Of a DNA stretch of 64,000 bases, positions 63,901 through 64,000 are shown piece by piece. The DNA lies in contig NC_047030.1 of the NCBI RefSeq assembly GCF_902652985.1, positions 24,242,001 to 24,306,000 on the forward strand, given 5' to 3'. A program made the translations under genes and the position numbers. The DNA comes from Pecten maximus. Lineage: Eukaryota. A model generated the notes under the pieces. It was not told the origin of the DNA, did not search any database, and saw nothing but the letters and a program-made list of their open reading frames with translations. Each line of letters opens with the position of its first letter. The stretch's first letter is position 1.

Positions 63901-64000
63901 GTTTGAGATTATTACGTATTACTATAGCAATTAAAAGGGAGCCACAGTGTCACACTGCAGAAATTATATTACCCATTGTTGAGGAAGCTCCTTAGTAACG

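Overview
AT-rich, intron-containing animal genomic DNA, most likely from a bivalve mollusc (scallop-like), inferred from the SINE families and perlucin-type lectins. It is not prokaryotic and has no CRISPR. Exons were stitched by hand from GT/AG sites and reading-frame phase. The window holds: (1) a 4-exon signal peptide + J-domain + multi-pass membrane DnaJ gene (9034-11815, +); (2) three secreted single-domain C-type lectins with the same 5-exon layout, non-canonical sugar-site motifs (QPN/WED, QPH/WSD) and a 37-nt last exon encoding a GP-(G)-[IV][IV]-G-stop tail that the ORF track misses; (3) two tandem membrane-receptor genes on the minus strand with a CTLD(EPN) - PAN/Apple-like (x1 or x2) - Thr-rich stalk - conserved juxtamembrane motif - TM architecture; (4) decayed ORFs at the left end; (5) tRNA-derived SINEs, MITEs, hairpin elements and several large minisatellites. 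Two otherwise intact genes each carry a single +1 frameshift, which is either a real lesion or an assembly indel. The best candidate for an under-described system is the clustered set of soluble lectins plus CTLD-PAN receptors.
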